Shown: piece by piece, positions 21,502 through 34,530 of the stretch
Position numbering within the stretch: the first letter of the stretch is position 1
Layout: each line of letters begins with the position of its first letter
Assembly: GCA_905178155.1 (NCBI GenBank)
Contig: CAJINV010000001.1
Span: forward strand, 5,832,750-5,896,749
Reading direction: 5' to 3'
Source: Amoebophrya sp. A120
Taxonomy: Eukaryota; Protista; Dinoflagellata
DNA: 64,000 bases
The notes under the pieces: generated by a model
The model's input: only the letters and a program-made list of their open reading frames with translations
What the model was told of the DNA's origin: nothing
Database searches by the model: none
Program-made: the position numbers and the translations under genes

Positions 21502-24500
21502 ATGACGGAGGCCACCACCAGTGCGCGAGTCGACCCCCGGGCACGGGAAGTGGAGGAGGCTTCGGATGAAGAATGTTGGCGGTTCTACCGTTTTCTCGAG
21601 CAGCACCCCGAATTGCCGGACCTGCTTTTCTGCAGCAAGAAGCGGGTGGTCCAGGCCTCGGACTTGGAGCTGCTTCTACGTCGCCTGCACTACCGCTTGC
21701 CCAACGTGCGCACGTTGTTCAACTCGCTTCGCAAGCCCGGGTGCGACTACTTCACGATGAAGGAACTGATCGAATTCAAGCAGCGGCTGCGCGTGTCGAA
21801 GTACGCCGGGGCGTTTACGGTGACCGAGTTTTTCTCCCATTTGTTGCAACGGTACGGGTCCATCACCCGGGCCTGGCGCCGAGCGATCGACATTCTATCA
21901 AATGCAAAAATGTCTGGGTCTGGAATAATGTCAGATTTGTCATGCATATTTCTCATGACCCATGATGCCTGTAATGCATGACCTAGCATCGCAGACTTTT
22001 AGAGGGCTTCCTGATGCACCTTCCGCATGAGAAATGCCCTGTCCGGGTAGCACAAAAGGCACCTCTCTTGCTGGTCACGCAATACAAATTTTTTTAGAGT
22101 CCAAAAACAGCATGACAAGTTGCAATCTTCCAGACCCAGACATTTTTGCATTTGATACATTCCGCCCAAGAACAACATCGCGGGCGACCTGTTTTCCCAC
22201 GAAGTGAAGAGCCTGAACTCTTCCGCGGGTGGCCGTCCGACGCGGGGGGTCATCATGTACCGGGAGTGGGCGGCGTTTTGCCAACGAGAGGGGTTCCAGG
22301 GGAACGTCAAGGCCGCCTGGGACGCGTTTCAGCCGAAAAACGGCTTGATGTCTCTACGGGAGCTGTCGTACTCGGAGTACCGCCTGCTCACGAAATTTTA
22401 CCTCGAGGTAGTTGCCGGGTTCATGATAGTACGAATCTTTTGTTTGAGAATGCAGATGCACCCACTTAGACTTACATTTTCGTCATTTTTCCTCCGGCTC
22501 GAAGTGAATGTTGGCCCTTTCGTCCAAAAAGAAAAAATCCACCTGTCATCTTCAGTTGAAGGCCCGATACGACGCGGTGGACGAGATTTGGTCGCACGTG
22601 CTGCAGTGCCGTAGCGAATTCATGCTTTTGAAGCGCGAGCGGTTTCTGGCAATCTGCACCAAAACCTTACTTTTCGCGGAGGACGAGGCGGAGACGCTGT
22701 TTTCGTTGTTGGATCTCGACCAGGTCAGCGAGCTCGAGTTCCAGACCTTCACGGAGCTTTTCTCTTTCTGGGACACGGGTGGCTGCTACGACGTCACGGG
22801 CGCGGCGCAGGCGTTGCGAGTGCGGAGAAAAAGACGACAGTTGATGGATGCGGAGCTGCGGGAGAGCAACAACGCAGCAGGAGGAGGAGAGAAAAATACA
22901 GCGGACCGGGAACGACAGCCCGGAGCGACAGCAGAGGAAAGACAAAAAGAAAGGCAAAAAGCGATTCTGAGAAAAAACACCATTGAAAGGGAACTTGCGA
23001 AGCCGCTTCCCCGGTCGCTGGAGGACAAAGTGCTCTCCCTCGGCAGCCAAGAGTTCATTTTGAACCTGGAGTCGCAGCGCAGATTGGAAGAGTTCCAAGT
23101 GTTTTTCAACTACTTGAAGAAGCCCGGGCGTTACGAGCGGATGCTGGATTTGTTTTCCCTCAGTCCCCGTCTGCCGAAGCGCGTTTTCTGCCAGACCCTG
23201 CGACAGATGCTGTACCCCGGGGATCCGCTGGCGCTGTTTTACTCGCTGTTCAACTTGCGGATTTTGCACCAGCGCCACGTGCAACTGGTGAACGCGGAGG
23301 ACTTTCGGGAGGTGCAGGACCGGATTGCGCCGTGGCTGAAGCTGCACGGCTGGACCTACGTGAAACGGAATAAAGTTACCAGCAGCTCCGACGTTGCGCA
23401 GCAAGACGGCGGCCATGACCTCGAAGGTGACGCGGAACAAGAGGTACTGGAGGAGGAAGAGGCGTCAGAGAGCGAGTCCGACGACCTAGACGAAGAGAAG
23501 GTCGCGGAAAAGAAAGAGAAGAGCGTGCTGAGCGTCTTGCGGAAATCGCTCGTCGAGGGGAAGCACGAGGCTGCAGGGGACGAGGAGGAAACTGGAAGAC
23601 GAACTGCTTCGTCGAGAGCGGCCTCGTCGAGGATACTGCACGACGGAGTTGCGAATAGAGAGGAAGTGCAAGATTCAGAAGAAGATAACGACTTCTACGA
23701 CGAGGACGGTCTGTTACTGCCAGACAGGATAAATAACAGTACCAATAGCAATGCTTTTGCCGGTCCCGAGGATCCCATGCCGCAGTTGAAAAAACTGCAG
23801 TACGAGAAGAAAATGAAGCGAAAAAATAAGCCGGTAAGCGACGAGCCACCTGCGCCTCTTGCCCCCCCGAGCTGGCACGAGACGGGGCCTCCTAGCTGGC
23901 TGGAGAAATTGGGACTGGAGAAGGTTCCCGATGCGGTCATCCTGGACCAGGAGGGGGAAACGCATTTGGGCATCCAGAAATTTTGGCAGCACAGTGTGTT
24001 GGGCGACATGCAGGATTTGCACCGCCCGAAAAAGCTTGGCGCTGGTCTGCGGAGAACCAAAGAGTCAACCTCTTCGTCGGCCAGTTCCGGGGGCGGGGAG
24101 CCGAAGTTCAATCCGAGGGCACGCACAACTTCCTCTCTCTCGGGAGGTGGATCTTCACCTGAGCGCAGAGGTACTAGTCGTAGCAAAAAAACCAGGCGAA
24201 AGCTGCGGAAAGACATTGTTTCGGAGAAGCAACGGAAGATGGACCCGGAAGACATGCCGTTTGTCCCCGTAGACACGAGAAAAATCGTGAACAAAGCGAC
24301 GTGGCGGCGGATGCTGGACTTTCAAACCGGTGCCGTGGCCGATGGAAGCGGCCTTCCGCCACATTTGATTCGGGACTGTGGCGAGGATCCAAATTTGCTG
24401 CACTTACGGGATTTTCTTGCATTCCCCAACGCCTCCAGAGACGTGCGGCCGCAGACTAGATTGGATGTATGATTCGTTTGCTTTTTTCTCGAATTTCATG

Positions 24501-26367
24501 CTGGAAGGTATATTTTGTAGCATCCTGACATACTTTATAGCATCCTGAAGAAAGACCAAGAATCACCAGAACCGGAGACAAGAAAACTGCAGGTTGAGCT
24601 GGAGATGCTTCGCCGTACTGGGTCCCTGGTGCGCGGATGGTTCGAGATCCTGGATCCGCACAAGAGCGGCGCCATCGGGCTGCGCAGGTTCTTGGCTGCG
24701 TTGGGATCTTTGAACGTGCAAAGCGGGAACATGAGGCGCGTCTGTATCAACTGTAAAAATGTCTGGGTCTGGAAACTTGTGATGCTGGGTGGCGTCTCAT
24801 GATGAGGCTACAAATGCTGGCTCAGCATGACAAGTTTCTGAGCTCCTAGGTGTTGCCTATTCTGCATGACAAACTGCGCTTCTGCATCACAGAAAAACGG
24901 AGCTCTTGGGTAACGTGCATGACAGATTTAAGAGCCATGCCAGACAAGCATGACAAACATGAACTCTTCCAGACCCAGACATTTTTACATGTGATAGTCT
25001 GGGCGCAGATGCAACCGCTCCCCGACGGGTTGGGCATCGATCTGCGGATGTTAGACTACGAAGTGTGGCTGCTGATCGGTTTTTTCGCAACGTGCTTGTT
25101 CGCCGTTTTCCCGAACGTGGACTATCTCGTCTACTACGCGTGTCCGGGCAACGGGTGCACCGACACCTTCGGGTTCGATGAGGAGTGGACGAGCATTTGC
25201 ACGCGTGCGTTCACCGACACGGTGTTACTCAGCGGGAAAATCGCGGGCGTCGAAACTGGTTCGGACGATAGTACGACCGTCCGCGACGCAAACGCGCGGC
25301 AGATCGCGGCCCAGCGCCGGCAGGTGTTGACGCAGAAGCTGTGGCGCTGCTTCGTTCCCCGCGGCGAGAACCGCATGCACTTGAGCGAGTTCAAAATTCT
25401 CCGGCTGTGGGAGCCGGGCGCGGTCTTCTGCATGGAAAAATACCCCGTGCGCATGGTTCCCTCGACCGGAAAGCTGGAGCTGTCCCCGGTCGACTGGATG
25501 CCGCCGAGAGTGTCGAAAAAAGCTGCGACATCGAGGACTGATACAACACAGACGACAGGAACTACGACCGAGGGCGAAGATACAACAAGCAGTGCGGATA
25601 AAAGAGATTCAGAAGAACACCCGAACATCCGGCTCGTCATGGACCCGAGCGTGCGGGCGGAATACGAGCAGGCGCTGTTCGAATTGGAAATGCTCGACGC
25701 GCAGCACAGCACGCTTTCGAACAATTTGCGTGGTCCAGCGATGTACTCAACATCGAGTGGCAGTGTAAAGACATCAAACGATGGCGCGGCCGGAGTAGAT
25801 GAAGAAACTGCGGAAAGGGAAGCAAAGAAGGCACACGATCTGGAAGAACAGTCGTATTCGCTCGCCGAGTTCCTGGAGTTTCCAGTCAACCCGGTCGACG
25901 GTATGGCGCGGAAACCGAAGTACATCAAAGCGGCTGGGCGGCGGTTTGGGGCGGACAGTCCCGGTGGGTCTGCGGGGTCGGACCCGGCATCGCCAACTGC
26001 GCGGAGCAAGAAGTCCGTGCACTGGGTCGACCTGGACGAGGAGCGGCGGCGCGAACGCACGCGGCAAAAACTGCAAGCGGCCAAGAACCAAATGTTCTAC
26101 GCGGCCAACAGTGTGCGGGCACACTTGATGGGCCACGCGGGAAAGCGGAAGGGGAAAACGCACCTGCTCAGCGGGTCGGGAAAGGAAGGGGAAGAGGAAG
26201 TCGACGCCCTGTGGCAGCACTTCGACCGCGGCGCGAAGCGCCAGATCATGGGCAGCAACTTCGCCCAGGTGGGCCGAAACAAAATCGTCGACGTCGCAAA
26301 GGTGGACGATTTGGGCGACTTGCTGGATCTGGACCCGGAAATTGACGATGTCCATGCTAACAAGTAG
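21502..26367 (+). CDS. Large protein with degenerate EF-hand-like motifs; inferred exons 21502-21895, 22163-22407, 22556-24466, 24593-24744, 25002-26367
   Basis: All four junctions are frame-consistent: two GT-AG introns and two TIR elements, each removed with one TSD copy. Motifs LFSLLDLDQVSELEF, WFEILDPHKSGAIGL and YGSITRAWRRAID. Confidence 0.7.
21896..22157. mobile_element. Introner family B copy 1 (262 bp)
   Basis: Perfect 30-nt TIR TATCAAATGCAAAAATGTCTGGGTCTGGAA. 5-bp TSD CATTC at 21891-21895 and 22158-22162. Removal gives AIDIP|PKNNIAG in frame. Confidence 0.92.
24745..24996. mobile_element. Introner family B copy 2 (252 bp)
   Basis: 30-nt TIR with 2 mismatches, TATCAACTGTAAAAATGTCTGGGTCTGGAA. 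5-bp TSD GTCTG at 24740-24744 and 24997-25001. Removal gives MRRVW|AQMQP in frame. Confidence 0.92.
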
Positions 26368-27086
26368 GATGCTCTTGTCGTCTTTGTGCTGGAAACCAGT
26401 ACTAGTGGCATCACGCTTTCGTGATAGGCTTCTAAGTACGTTAAAATGATGAATTTTGCACTTTGTTATTTACTTTCAATTCAAAACTTGTGGTTGTGAC
26501 TGAGCCAACGATGATATCAGGATTGTGCTAACAAAAACACGGGGTAACTGCAGAAAAATCTTCACCGTATTCGTTTCATTTCAAAACCAAGTTTCACTTT
26601 TAACGATTCAAAAAACCGATGGAATTGCTGACCTTATTGTACAAAGTTGAAACCACCTGTGTCTGTGACACTGACTGGTTTGTTTTGCGTACTGTTTTGC
26701 TCGATGTGAACTTGTTGTCCCCAAGGTTTGATAGCAACACTTGTACAAAGAACGAGAATTGATGCCACGACGAGTTAAGAAACGCTTCTGCAAAACTGCA
26801 ATTTTTGTTGCAGAACGCTTGCGTTGGTGTTGAGGTTGTCCAGGATCTTCACATGAAAAAAGTTTGTAGCGCAGTTTGATCAAGTCGCAACGTCCCAACG
26901 ATGAACTCAATGGATCCTTTCGTCTTGTTGCTCACTTATTCTTCTAGGTGCCGGAATCTTCGCTTAGTCGTCTTCATAGCTCACCACTAGCCTAAGTTCC
27001 GCTGTACTCCGAACACAAAGTGTGCATGTACATTTGCAGTTGCTGACAGCAGACTACGACCACGAGAGAAGTAATCACGCAAAAAG

Positions 27087-29514
27087 ATGGAGGAAACTTC
27101 TGATGTAAAAATGTCGGATGCTGCGGCGTCCGGTCTCCGCGTTGGGCGCGGTGGCAGTGCGAGCAGCAGGCAAAGCAAAGCGAAAGCGGCGGCCAGGAGG
27201 AAATCCAACATGACGTCGGCGGACCATGCTGCAGACGAGGAAACTGAAAATATCCGCCCCTTCATTGAGAAGTACCGACCGAAATCTCTTCACGACGTCA
27301 TCTCCCACCGCGAAGTGATCCGGAGTGTGGACAAAATGCTGCAGAAGAAAACGTTCCCTCACATGCTGTTTTACGGACCTCCCGGAACGGGGAAGACGTC
27401 GACGGCATTGGTGCTGGCCCAGAATCTGTACGGGAAAGGAAGTAACATGTACAAAATGCTCAACGCGTCCGATGACCGAGGGATTGAGGTGGTGCGGAAA
27501 ATCGTGAAAGGTATGTAGTTTCTTTTTTGCGGAGAGAAACAGTAACAGAATATCTCAGCTCTGCAGGCGTGGAGTTGAAAAATCTTCACTCGCATAAAAT
27601 TCTTTCGTGAAAAAACCTCATTACAAGAATTCACCAGATTTCTGTGGGCAAGACGCGATCCTGGGGCGTGTGAATGACTCTGCCGAGGAGCAGTCCTCGG
27701 ATGTCTTCGGCGGACAGCCGTCCACGCACCGTTTGCCGAAAATGATCATTCTAGACGAGGCCGACATGCTGACCAAGGGCGCGCAGCTCGCCCTGCGGCG
27801 CATCATGGAGGACTTCAGCAGTCAGGCCCGGTTTGTGATCATCTGCAACTACTTAAACAAAATCATCGACCCGATCCAGAGTCGTTGTGCCAGTTTCCGG
27901 CTGAACATGCTTACCGAGGACGAAGTCGCCGAGTGCATTCGGCGGGTGTGCCACGCCGAGAAGTTGCGCATTACCAGTGACGCCATCATCGCAATTTCGG
28001 AGTTGGGCAAGGGGGATTTGCGGCGGGTGTTGAACGTCTTGCAATCGGCCTCGCGGCTGGTGGACGGCGACCGTGCGATCGAGGAGGAGGACGTATACGC
28101 GTTCGCCGCCGAGCCGATTAAGGCGCACGTCCGCGAGATTCTGGACGCGCTTTTGACGTTGCCGTACCTGGAAGCGTACGACCGCGTCTCGCGGATCATG
28201 GAAAAACACCACTACACGATGCGGTCGCTGATCGATGTCTTGTACTGCTGATTTGTTTAATTCCATTTTCTTCTCCATTCTTGCTTGTGTAGCACTGGAA
28301 GCACTTGCTTGATAATTTGCAATACTTAGCGCCACACATCTGGAGCAGTTACAGTTTGTTGACCTACTTGCGTTTAATATTCCGTTTCAAAACTCCACGT
28401 GATGTCCGATCCCTACAGGTACAAGGAAGTTCTCATGATGCAAGTGCCATTTCTCGTACGGGCTCGCATTATCCCTCTCCTAGCCGACATCGAGTTGCGC
28501 GTTGGACACGGGGCCAACGACAGCCTGCAGCTCGCGGGATTGGTGTCGGCGTTCGCCTTAGCGCGGGGCCAGGCGGAAAGGATCTTCGAGTACAAAGAGA
28601 GACGCGGCGAGGAAGGTATAATTGTTGATACTACGAACAAACTTCTGGCCCGCAGAAGTAGTAAATTTTGATCTGAGGAGGTTTTGTAAAGTATGCAAAA
28701 CCATCAAATCTGCAATTGTGCTATCACAGCCGAACGTTTCCAGAACATGTCTTCGCAAGAGCGGGAAAAGATCCTCGAAGAGGAGCTGCAGTGGCACATG
28801 CAGGATGCCGAGATGCCCGCCTTTTCCCAGTCGCAGCCCGGTGCGAGTCCGCCGCCGCCGGCCCGCAGTCCCCCAGCAGCACCGTCGTCCGCTGGTCCCA
28901 AGCGCGACGACGCGCGACGCGAAGACTACGTGCGCCACAACATCCGCATGTCACTCGCCGAGGAGTTCGGCGTGCAGAGTAGAAGTGCGAGGAAGAATAG
29001 CAAGGAAGAGGACAGACCGGTGCCGCAGAGCGATCTCGCTCGGCGTATTCTCGCAGCGAATTCTTCGGCCGCCAGCCCGCCGCCGGCGGTGGCGAGTAGT
29101 GGGAAAAAAGAAACTGCAGCGAACAGCGTGTTCCCAGAAGATGAGGACCATGAGGAGGAGGAAGCGTTACTGAACGACTGGCACAGGGAAAACAGCGATG
29201 TTCTTCCGAATAGGAAAATCAAGTCGGAGCAAGACTTGGATCCGGTGACCGGTCTACCAAAACACACTCAGGATCTGCCTGCCGCGGGCGGTATGTCGCA
29301 ATTCTCGATGGAGCAGCAGATGAGCCAAACCCCGGGCGCGTTGGACGGTTTGAGTTCCGTGACGCCCGGGGCTGGAGCGGCAAGTGTGATGCCGAACACC
29401 TCCCAGCAGGCCGGTGACGGGGGAACCACACCTGGCCAAGGCGGTAATGTGACTCCCGCCGCTCCTGCCGGGCAAGGAGAGGAACAGACCTGCGGAGCGG
29501 ACGATTGCATGTAG
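27087..29514 (+). CDS. RFC5: Replication factor C small subunit (RFC5/yeast Rfc3-like); inferred exons 27087-27510, 27638-28241, 28419-28615 and possibly 28730-29514
   Basis: Motifs PFIEKYRP, PHMLFYGPPGTGKTS, LNASDDRGI, IILDEADM, AQLALRR, IQSRC, GDLRRVLNVLQ and LADIELRV. GT-AG introns are frame-consistent. The last exon is less certain; without it the gene stops at 28671. Confidence 0.85.
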
Positions 29515-30034
29515 AATGTTATGAATTTCATTTCCATTACGTTCACGTTGAGATCAGAGCAGGTCTGACGGACCTAAGTGCGTTCAATTTTATGTGAATC
29601 ATCAATGCCGTGAGCACAAGCACTAGGTGGTGCAGGTCAAAGTCAATCTTAAGACAGCAGAGCATTGCTTTCAGGCTGTGCACATTGTTGCTGCGTTCCA
29701 TGCCTAGTTTTCGATGACGTGAACAGTCGAAGTTGTGATCCTGGTTGTCTTGATGTGGTGGAGGAAGTAAATCTGTAAGCTGTCTTCGCACCCTCGAAGG
29801 TAATGGCACCGCTTTTTCTTCTTGCGGTGCATGCCAACAACCTTTCAGATGCTGTGCAGACGTTACGAAAAAATGAAGACAGCGAGGTGACTGGTGTGAG
29901 TGGAGGAGAATCGGGATGTTTGGAGTACTACCTAGAGGCGATAGCATGTTGTATAGAGTAAGAGTTCAATATAACCAAAACTCTTTTACTTTTGTCTTCT
30001 GTTGTTGGCTTATTCTTCCAGTGCGAGATCAACG

Positions 30035-32587
30035 ATGGCAACGGCGACTGACAAAGCGACCGCTGTTAAGACGTCTTGTCTGGCACCCGTGGCCGCGGCG
30101 CCTCGCATTGCAGAACCGCGGCCTGGTGATTTAGACTACAATTTGACCGAGGTGCTCCTAAGATTCGCGGATCGTGGGTCCAACCCCTACAAGGACACGC
30201 ACTGCTATACCATGGAGTCCATTTTCGGGCATCTGCAGCAGCACGATGAAAATCAGCACGAAAAGAACTTACACAACAAAGAGTGTCGGGTGAACTCCAG
30301 CCCGATCACGCGTTTTAACGGTCGCAACAAAGAGAACGGACAGCGGTTCTCGAAGGGTCTGCGTAAGGCTTTTGAGGTGAAAAGTATCTTTCGCTATCCT
30401 TCGCCAGATTACCCGGGTTGTTTTCAGTGCAAAGGAACTCTTTCACCGCTGGATGATCCGCAGACGAGCGTGGAATTCGACTCCTGGAGCGATACCTTTT
30501 TTCGGGACTGTTACGTCATGCGCAGCACGGACGGCAACGGCAAGGAAAAGTGGAACAGGCTCTGGCTTGATTACGCTCTTCTGGAAGATGAAGAGCCCAA
30601 GAAGTGGGCCACAGCCTCACCGGTCGGAACGGAGATTCGTCCGTGCCGGATGCCGTCGGACGATCGGCAGCATCACGAGGTCTCAACCCTGACTGCGTCT
30701 GCCCTTACAGAATTACCAAGTTCGGAGGGTCGCGATGTGTTGTTTGAGCGGGCTCTAGCTGGCACTTCCGCACTGAAAACTAAGGCAGATGCGGCACAGT
30801 CAGGGTTGTCTGCGGACCTGAAGCAGACGAGAGGCAGCACAAAAAACTGCGAGCCCTGGAATCTCCGTGTCGGTGACGTAGTTTTTGCAGACTTGCGAGC
30901 GCGCAAGTCTGGCGGGGTGAAGAACATCACGTGTGGCACAGACGCCTGGGATATGGTGGTATCCCTTCTGATGGATCACGTCTTTTCCGGGACCGACAAA
31001 AAGTTCCGTCTTGCAGACTACAAGGAAGGCGCCAGCAAGGAAAACTCAAAGCACTTCAGGAAACTACGGGAGCGCTGCGATCGATTTGCGCTGGCGTTAA
31101 ATGCCACGGACGACAAGCTCATCCGAGAAATCGCTACCGGGTACGTCTTTAAGACAGGCACGGCCGAAGAAAGCCACAGGGATTCCTGCATCACATTCTT
31201 CAGAACGCCGACAAGCGAAGGCGTCGGGAAAGGCGACGCGGGTGCACAGGATGCTGCCGGTGGTGGTTTGGATTCTTCAGGGCACAACTGCGCAGACGAC
31301 GACGTTGTGTCGAGTGCTTGCGGAACGAATGGACATTCTTCGTTGGAGCAAGGCGTTTTGTTCGACGAAAAGTATCGGCGCAATGCTTCTGGACTTTTCA
31401 AACTTGACAACGAACGCAATGGACCCGAGGAACGCTTTGTAGAAATGAAAAAGCACTGCGAACGCCACGGAACGATGGCTCACCAAGATTGGCAGTACGG
31501 TAGTGCGCTCAAGCGATACTACGAAGAGACTAGCGACCTGTGGGGCTCGAAATGCGTCGAGCTGTACGAGAAGTTACGACGTTCCGGACGCTTTCCGCAT
31601 CTGTTGCAAGTGCTGCGATGGGTGAACTACGAAGAACCTAGTGCCGAGGAAAAAGAGGTTTCGCGGGGGGCCGCAGAAGACGAAGCGGCTCCGGCGGACA
31701 GCCCCGCAGCAAAGCGGCGCAAGACGACTTCGGAGCCTGTTACAACTGGATGGAACCATAACATCCAGGCCGACGCTTCCCTGGGCGTCGAAGTGGACAA
31801 CCCCGCACGTGCGGGGTACCAGTTTGCCCGACTCCTGCGCAACGCCCCCTATCATATCGGCGACTACGAGAAGGGAAAACCCGCGGCTGCCAAGGAGCTC
31901 CGGGACTGGATGGGCTCGATAGAACAAGAAGAGGCGCCAGAAATCTACATGCACGGGGGTTATTGGCTAAACTTGGACGATGTCGAGCCGTGCAGAACTT
32001 ATCCGGGTATCTACTTTTCTACTTGGGCGTCTTGGAAGGACAAGAGAGAGGATCTGGTCTTGGGTAGGCCGATGAAGGACGAGAAGGAAGAAGGGAAGAC
32101 GTGGCCAACGTACGTCCACATAAACGTGCAGATTGCGGATTTGATGCATTTCTTTTTGCAACATTTTTTTCCGGAGCAGTGCGCTTCTGTGAAAGAAATA
32201 AATTCTGTGTGGGAGGATGTTTGCAGATGGCCATATCCCTACACGAGAGGAGGCAGGATTTTGGAGAAACTGGAAAAGGAGTATGACGCTGTGCAGGAAG
32301 AGCTGTGCTGCAATGGGCTGACGAGCCACCTAGAATGGGTCGGGAGTCACAGCGACGACGAAGGAAGACGACAGTTGCTTTGCGGGCTCGCGGCAGAGAA
32401 GCTGTTGGGGCAGCTTGCGCACAAAGAAAAGTGGCATATGTCGCCTACGACGAAATACGATAAGGTGCGCACGCTTTTGCACACGTATCTTGCTGCAGTT
32501 GACTGGAAAAAGCCGCCCGGCACCTCTGACACTGAGGCAGCTGGGGACCCTGGCGACGATGCCGTCATCAAAGGTGATAGAAAGTAA
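30035..32587 (+). CDS. Hypothetical protein (~850 aa, intronless)
   Basis: Long uninterrupted ORF with an NLS-like PAAKRRK. No family recognised. Confidence 0.7.
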   Translation: MATATDKATAVKTSCLAPVAAAPRIAEPRPGDLDYNLTEVLLRFADRGSNPYKDTHCYTMESIFGHLQQHDENQHEKNLHNKECRVNSSPITRFNGRNKENGQRFSKGLRKAFEVKSIFRYPSPDYPGCFQCKGTLSPLDDPQTSVEFDSWSDTFFRDCYVMRSTDGNGKEKWNRLWLDYALLEDEEPKKWATASPVGTEIRPCRMPSDDRQHHEVSTLTASALTELPSSEGRDVLFERALAGTSALKTKADAAQSGLSADLKQTRGSTKNCEPWNLRVGDVVFADLRARKSGGVKNITCGTDAWDMVVSLLMDHVFSGTDKKFRLADYKEGASKENSKHFRKLRERCDRFALALNATDDKLIREIATGYVFKTGTAEESHRDSCITFFRTPTSEGVGKGDAGAQDAAGGGLDSSGHNCADDDVVSSACGTNGHSSLEQGVLFDEKYRRNASGLFKLDNERNGPEERFVEMKKHCERHGTMAHQDWQYGSALKRYYEETSDLWGSKCVELYEKLRRSGRFPHLLQVLRWVNYEEPSAEEKEVSRGAAEDEAAPADSPAAKRRKTTSEPVTTGWNHNIQADASLGVEVDNPARAGYQFARLLRNAPYHIGDYEKGKPAAAKELRDWMGSIEQEEAPEIYMHGGYWLNLDDVEPCRTYPGIYFSTWASWKDKREDLVLGRPMKDEKEEGKTWPTYVHINVQIADLMHFFLQHFFPEQCASVKEINSVWEDVCRWPYPYTRGGRILEKLEKEYDAVQEELCCNGLTSHLEWVGSHSDDEGRRQLLCGLAAEKLLGQLAHKEKWHMSPTTKYDKVRTLLHTYLAAVDWKKPPGTSDTEAAGDPGDDAVIKGDRK

Positions 32588-33093
32588 ACGCTCAAGAAGA
32601 AGTAGGCACTCACGAGGAAGTAGAAGCAAATTGCAAAGGAAGCTTGATGGAGTCGGACGAAGGCAAATACGGAAAGGTGACCAAGCTGCTTCAGTATGCT
32701 TTGAGTACTTACGAATGAACCATCCAAAGGAAGATGGCTGAAAATGCGAGATGTAAAAGAAAGGAAAACGTCGGTAGCGCCACGAGCGCGTCGACGCCAC
32801 AATTCATGTGAGCCTATTCACGCGCTTTACTTCACACAAAAAAGTCTGTTCGAACCTACGTCTCCCGGGTCTTCTTGCTGACGGAACATCTCATGTACGT
32901 TGATGTTGCAAGCACTAGTGCAGAACCGGATCATCCTGATTGCGCTTTGAAAAAGCACTACAAAGATCAGATGTTTCTTTTTCCCGCTCACCTTAAGAAG
33001 TGCACACGCAATTCTTTTTCACACCCACGTGTGTCCAGTACTGAACAGCATCAGCACCGCTTCGATATAGATAGCAAGTGAACAGCAGCGAAA

Positions 33094-33495
33094 ATGGGTT
33101 TCCTCCCCGCCCTCGTCGGGGTTGACGCAGTACTGATCTTCTGCGGCGGTCTCTACGGGTTTGTCAAGCAAGGCAGCAAGGCTTCCATCATCGCGTCGTC
33201 GATTTGCGCCCTGGTCCTGCTTGCCAGCATCGGCCTGCTTATGCAGTCCGTGATAACGGCGCGGGTCTTCAACGTGCTTTCTGGTGTCTTCGGACTTGTC
33301 TTCACCGTCATGTTCGTGAAGAAGGCACAAAAAGTTTCCGATTCCAGCGCTGGGGAGACGACGTTGAGCGAGATGGCGGCGCCGTTGCTGGATAACGACG
33401 TGAAAGAGACGTCGAAGGTGATTTTCTACGCGCTCACGGCCTACAACGCCCTAACAGTATTGGCTGCCTGTGTCGTGCTGGCTGAGACTGCATAA
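33094..33495 (+). CDS. TMEM14-family small membrane protein
   Basis: GGLYGFVKQGSKASIIAS matches the TMEM14 GGxxGyxxxGSxxSL signature. Four hydrophobic segments. Confidence 0.75.
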   Translation: MGFLPALVGVDAVLIFCGGLYGFVKQGSKASIIASSICALVLLASIGLLMQSVITARVFNVLSGVFGLVFTVMFVKKAQKVSDSSAGETTLSEMAAPLLDNDVKETSKVIFYALTAYNALTVLAACVVLAETA

Positions 33496-34530
33496 GAAAG
33501 TAGCAACACATACTACAGCACAAGTGAGACAGTCTACAACTAACGAAAAACGCCTGCTGCAATCGGTAGCTGCGCGCACATCAGGTTTTGCGGGAAAACG
33601 ATCTCCGATGTGAACAATAGAAGTCGGTGAACTTCTGCAACCGACACGAAAACTTGCAGACTACAATCGTCATCAAGAATTGCGCTGTCAATTTCATGTT
33701 TTCTGCGCCCGAGTGCAGCTTTGTTCAGGGGTTTCAGGCGCCGCCCTTGTTGCACTGGTGTATGGGCTCCTTTCGTGCGAATGGCTATAAGCTCGGTGGT
33801 ACTAGTAGACAATCTATTTTCATCTCTATGCTGTTATCTGAGCGACAAGGAGAGCTGAGTGAAAGGTGGAACACCATGCCGTCCTTACAAGGGAAAACCG
33901 AAAGTCACATTGTGATGTGATCATCGTGGGAATATGAAAATCGTTTTACGAACGGGGATGTGGCAGGGATCGTGGATCTATCAGAAGTTCAGTCTTGTTT
34001 TGATGGGGGCATGGGTCGACAAGGGGATTTTTTTGTCGGTTCATCGGTCGTGGCAGCTGGGATTTTTGCTTTGCAAAAATGCGTGGTCGTGCTCAATCTT
34101 GTCGCACAGGGTCCCGTTTACTTTTGAAAATTACGCTGATACGTTGCGGATCTACGCCCCGTTTAGTTTTTTACTCGGTTTGCTACGCAAACGCATGCGC
34201 ACCCCGGTACCTTCTTACTCACGTACTTTCGCCTTTGCTGTGCCTAGCCTAGGTATCCTTTAAGTACATTTTTTTTGGCTTTTTACTATATCAGGAAACA
34301 TCAAACGGCGCATGAAAAAACGTCTGCCTGGCTACTGGTCAATTCCACTGAGTGGAAAAACAACAATGGCGTTACTAATCTGCAAGTCGTTGTGCCTGGC
34401 GAGCACCCGCACAGCGAGGGCACGCCGGTGGACGGAATTTGCAGGACCGATGAAAAATACGGTTTTTTGATGATTCACATCCAGTAGAGAAGAGCTTTTT
34501 TTCAAGACACCACCACCCACGCCGTTCGCC

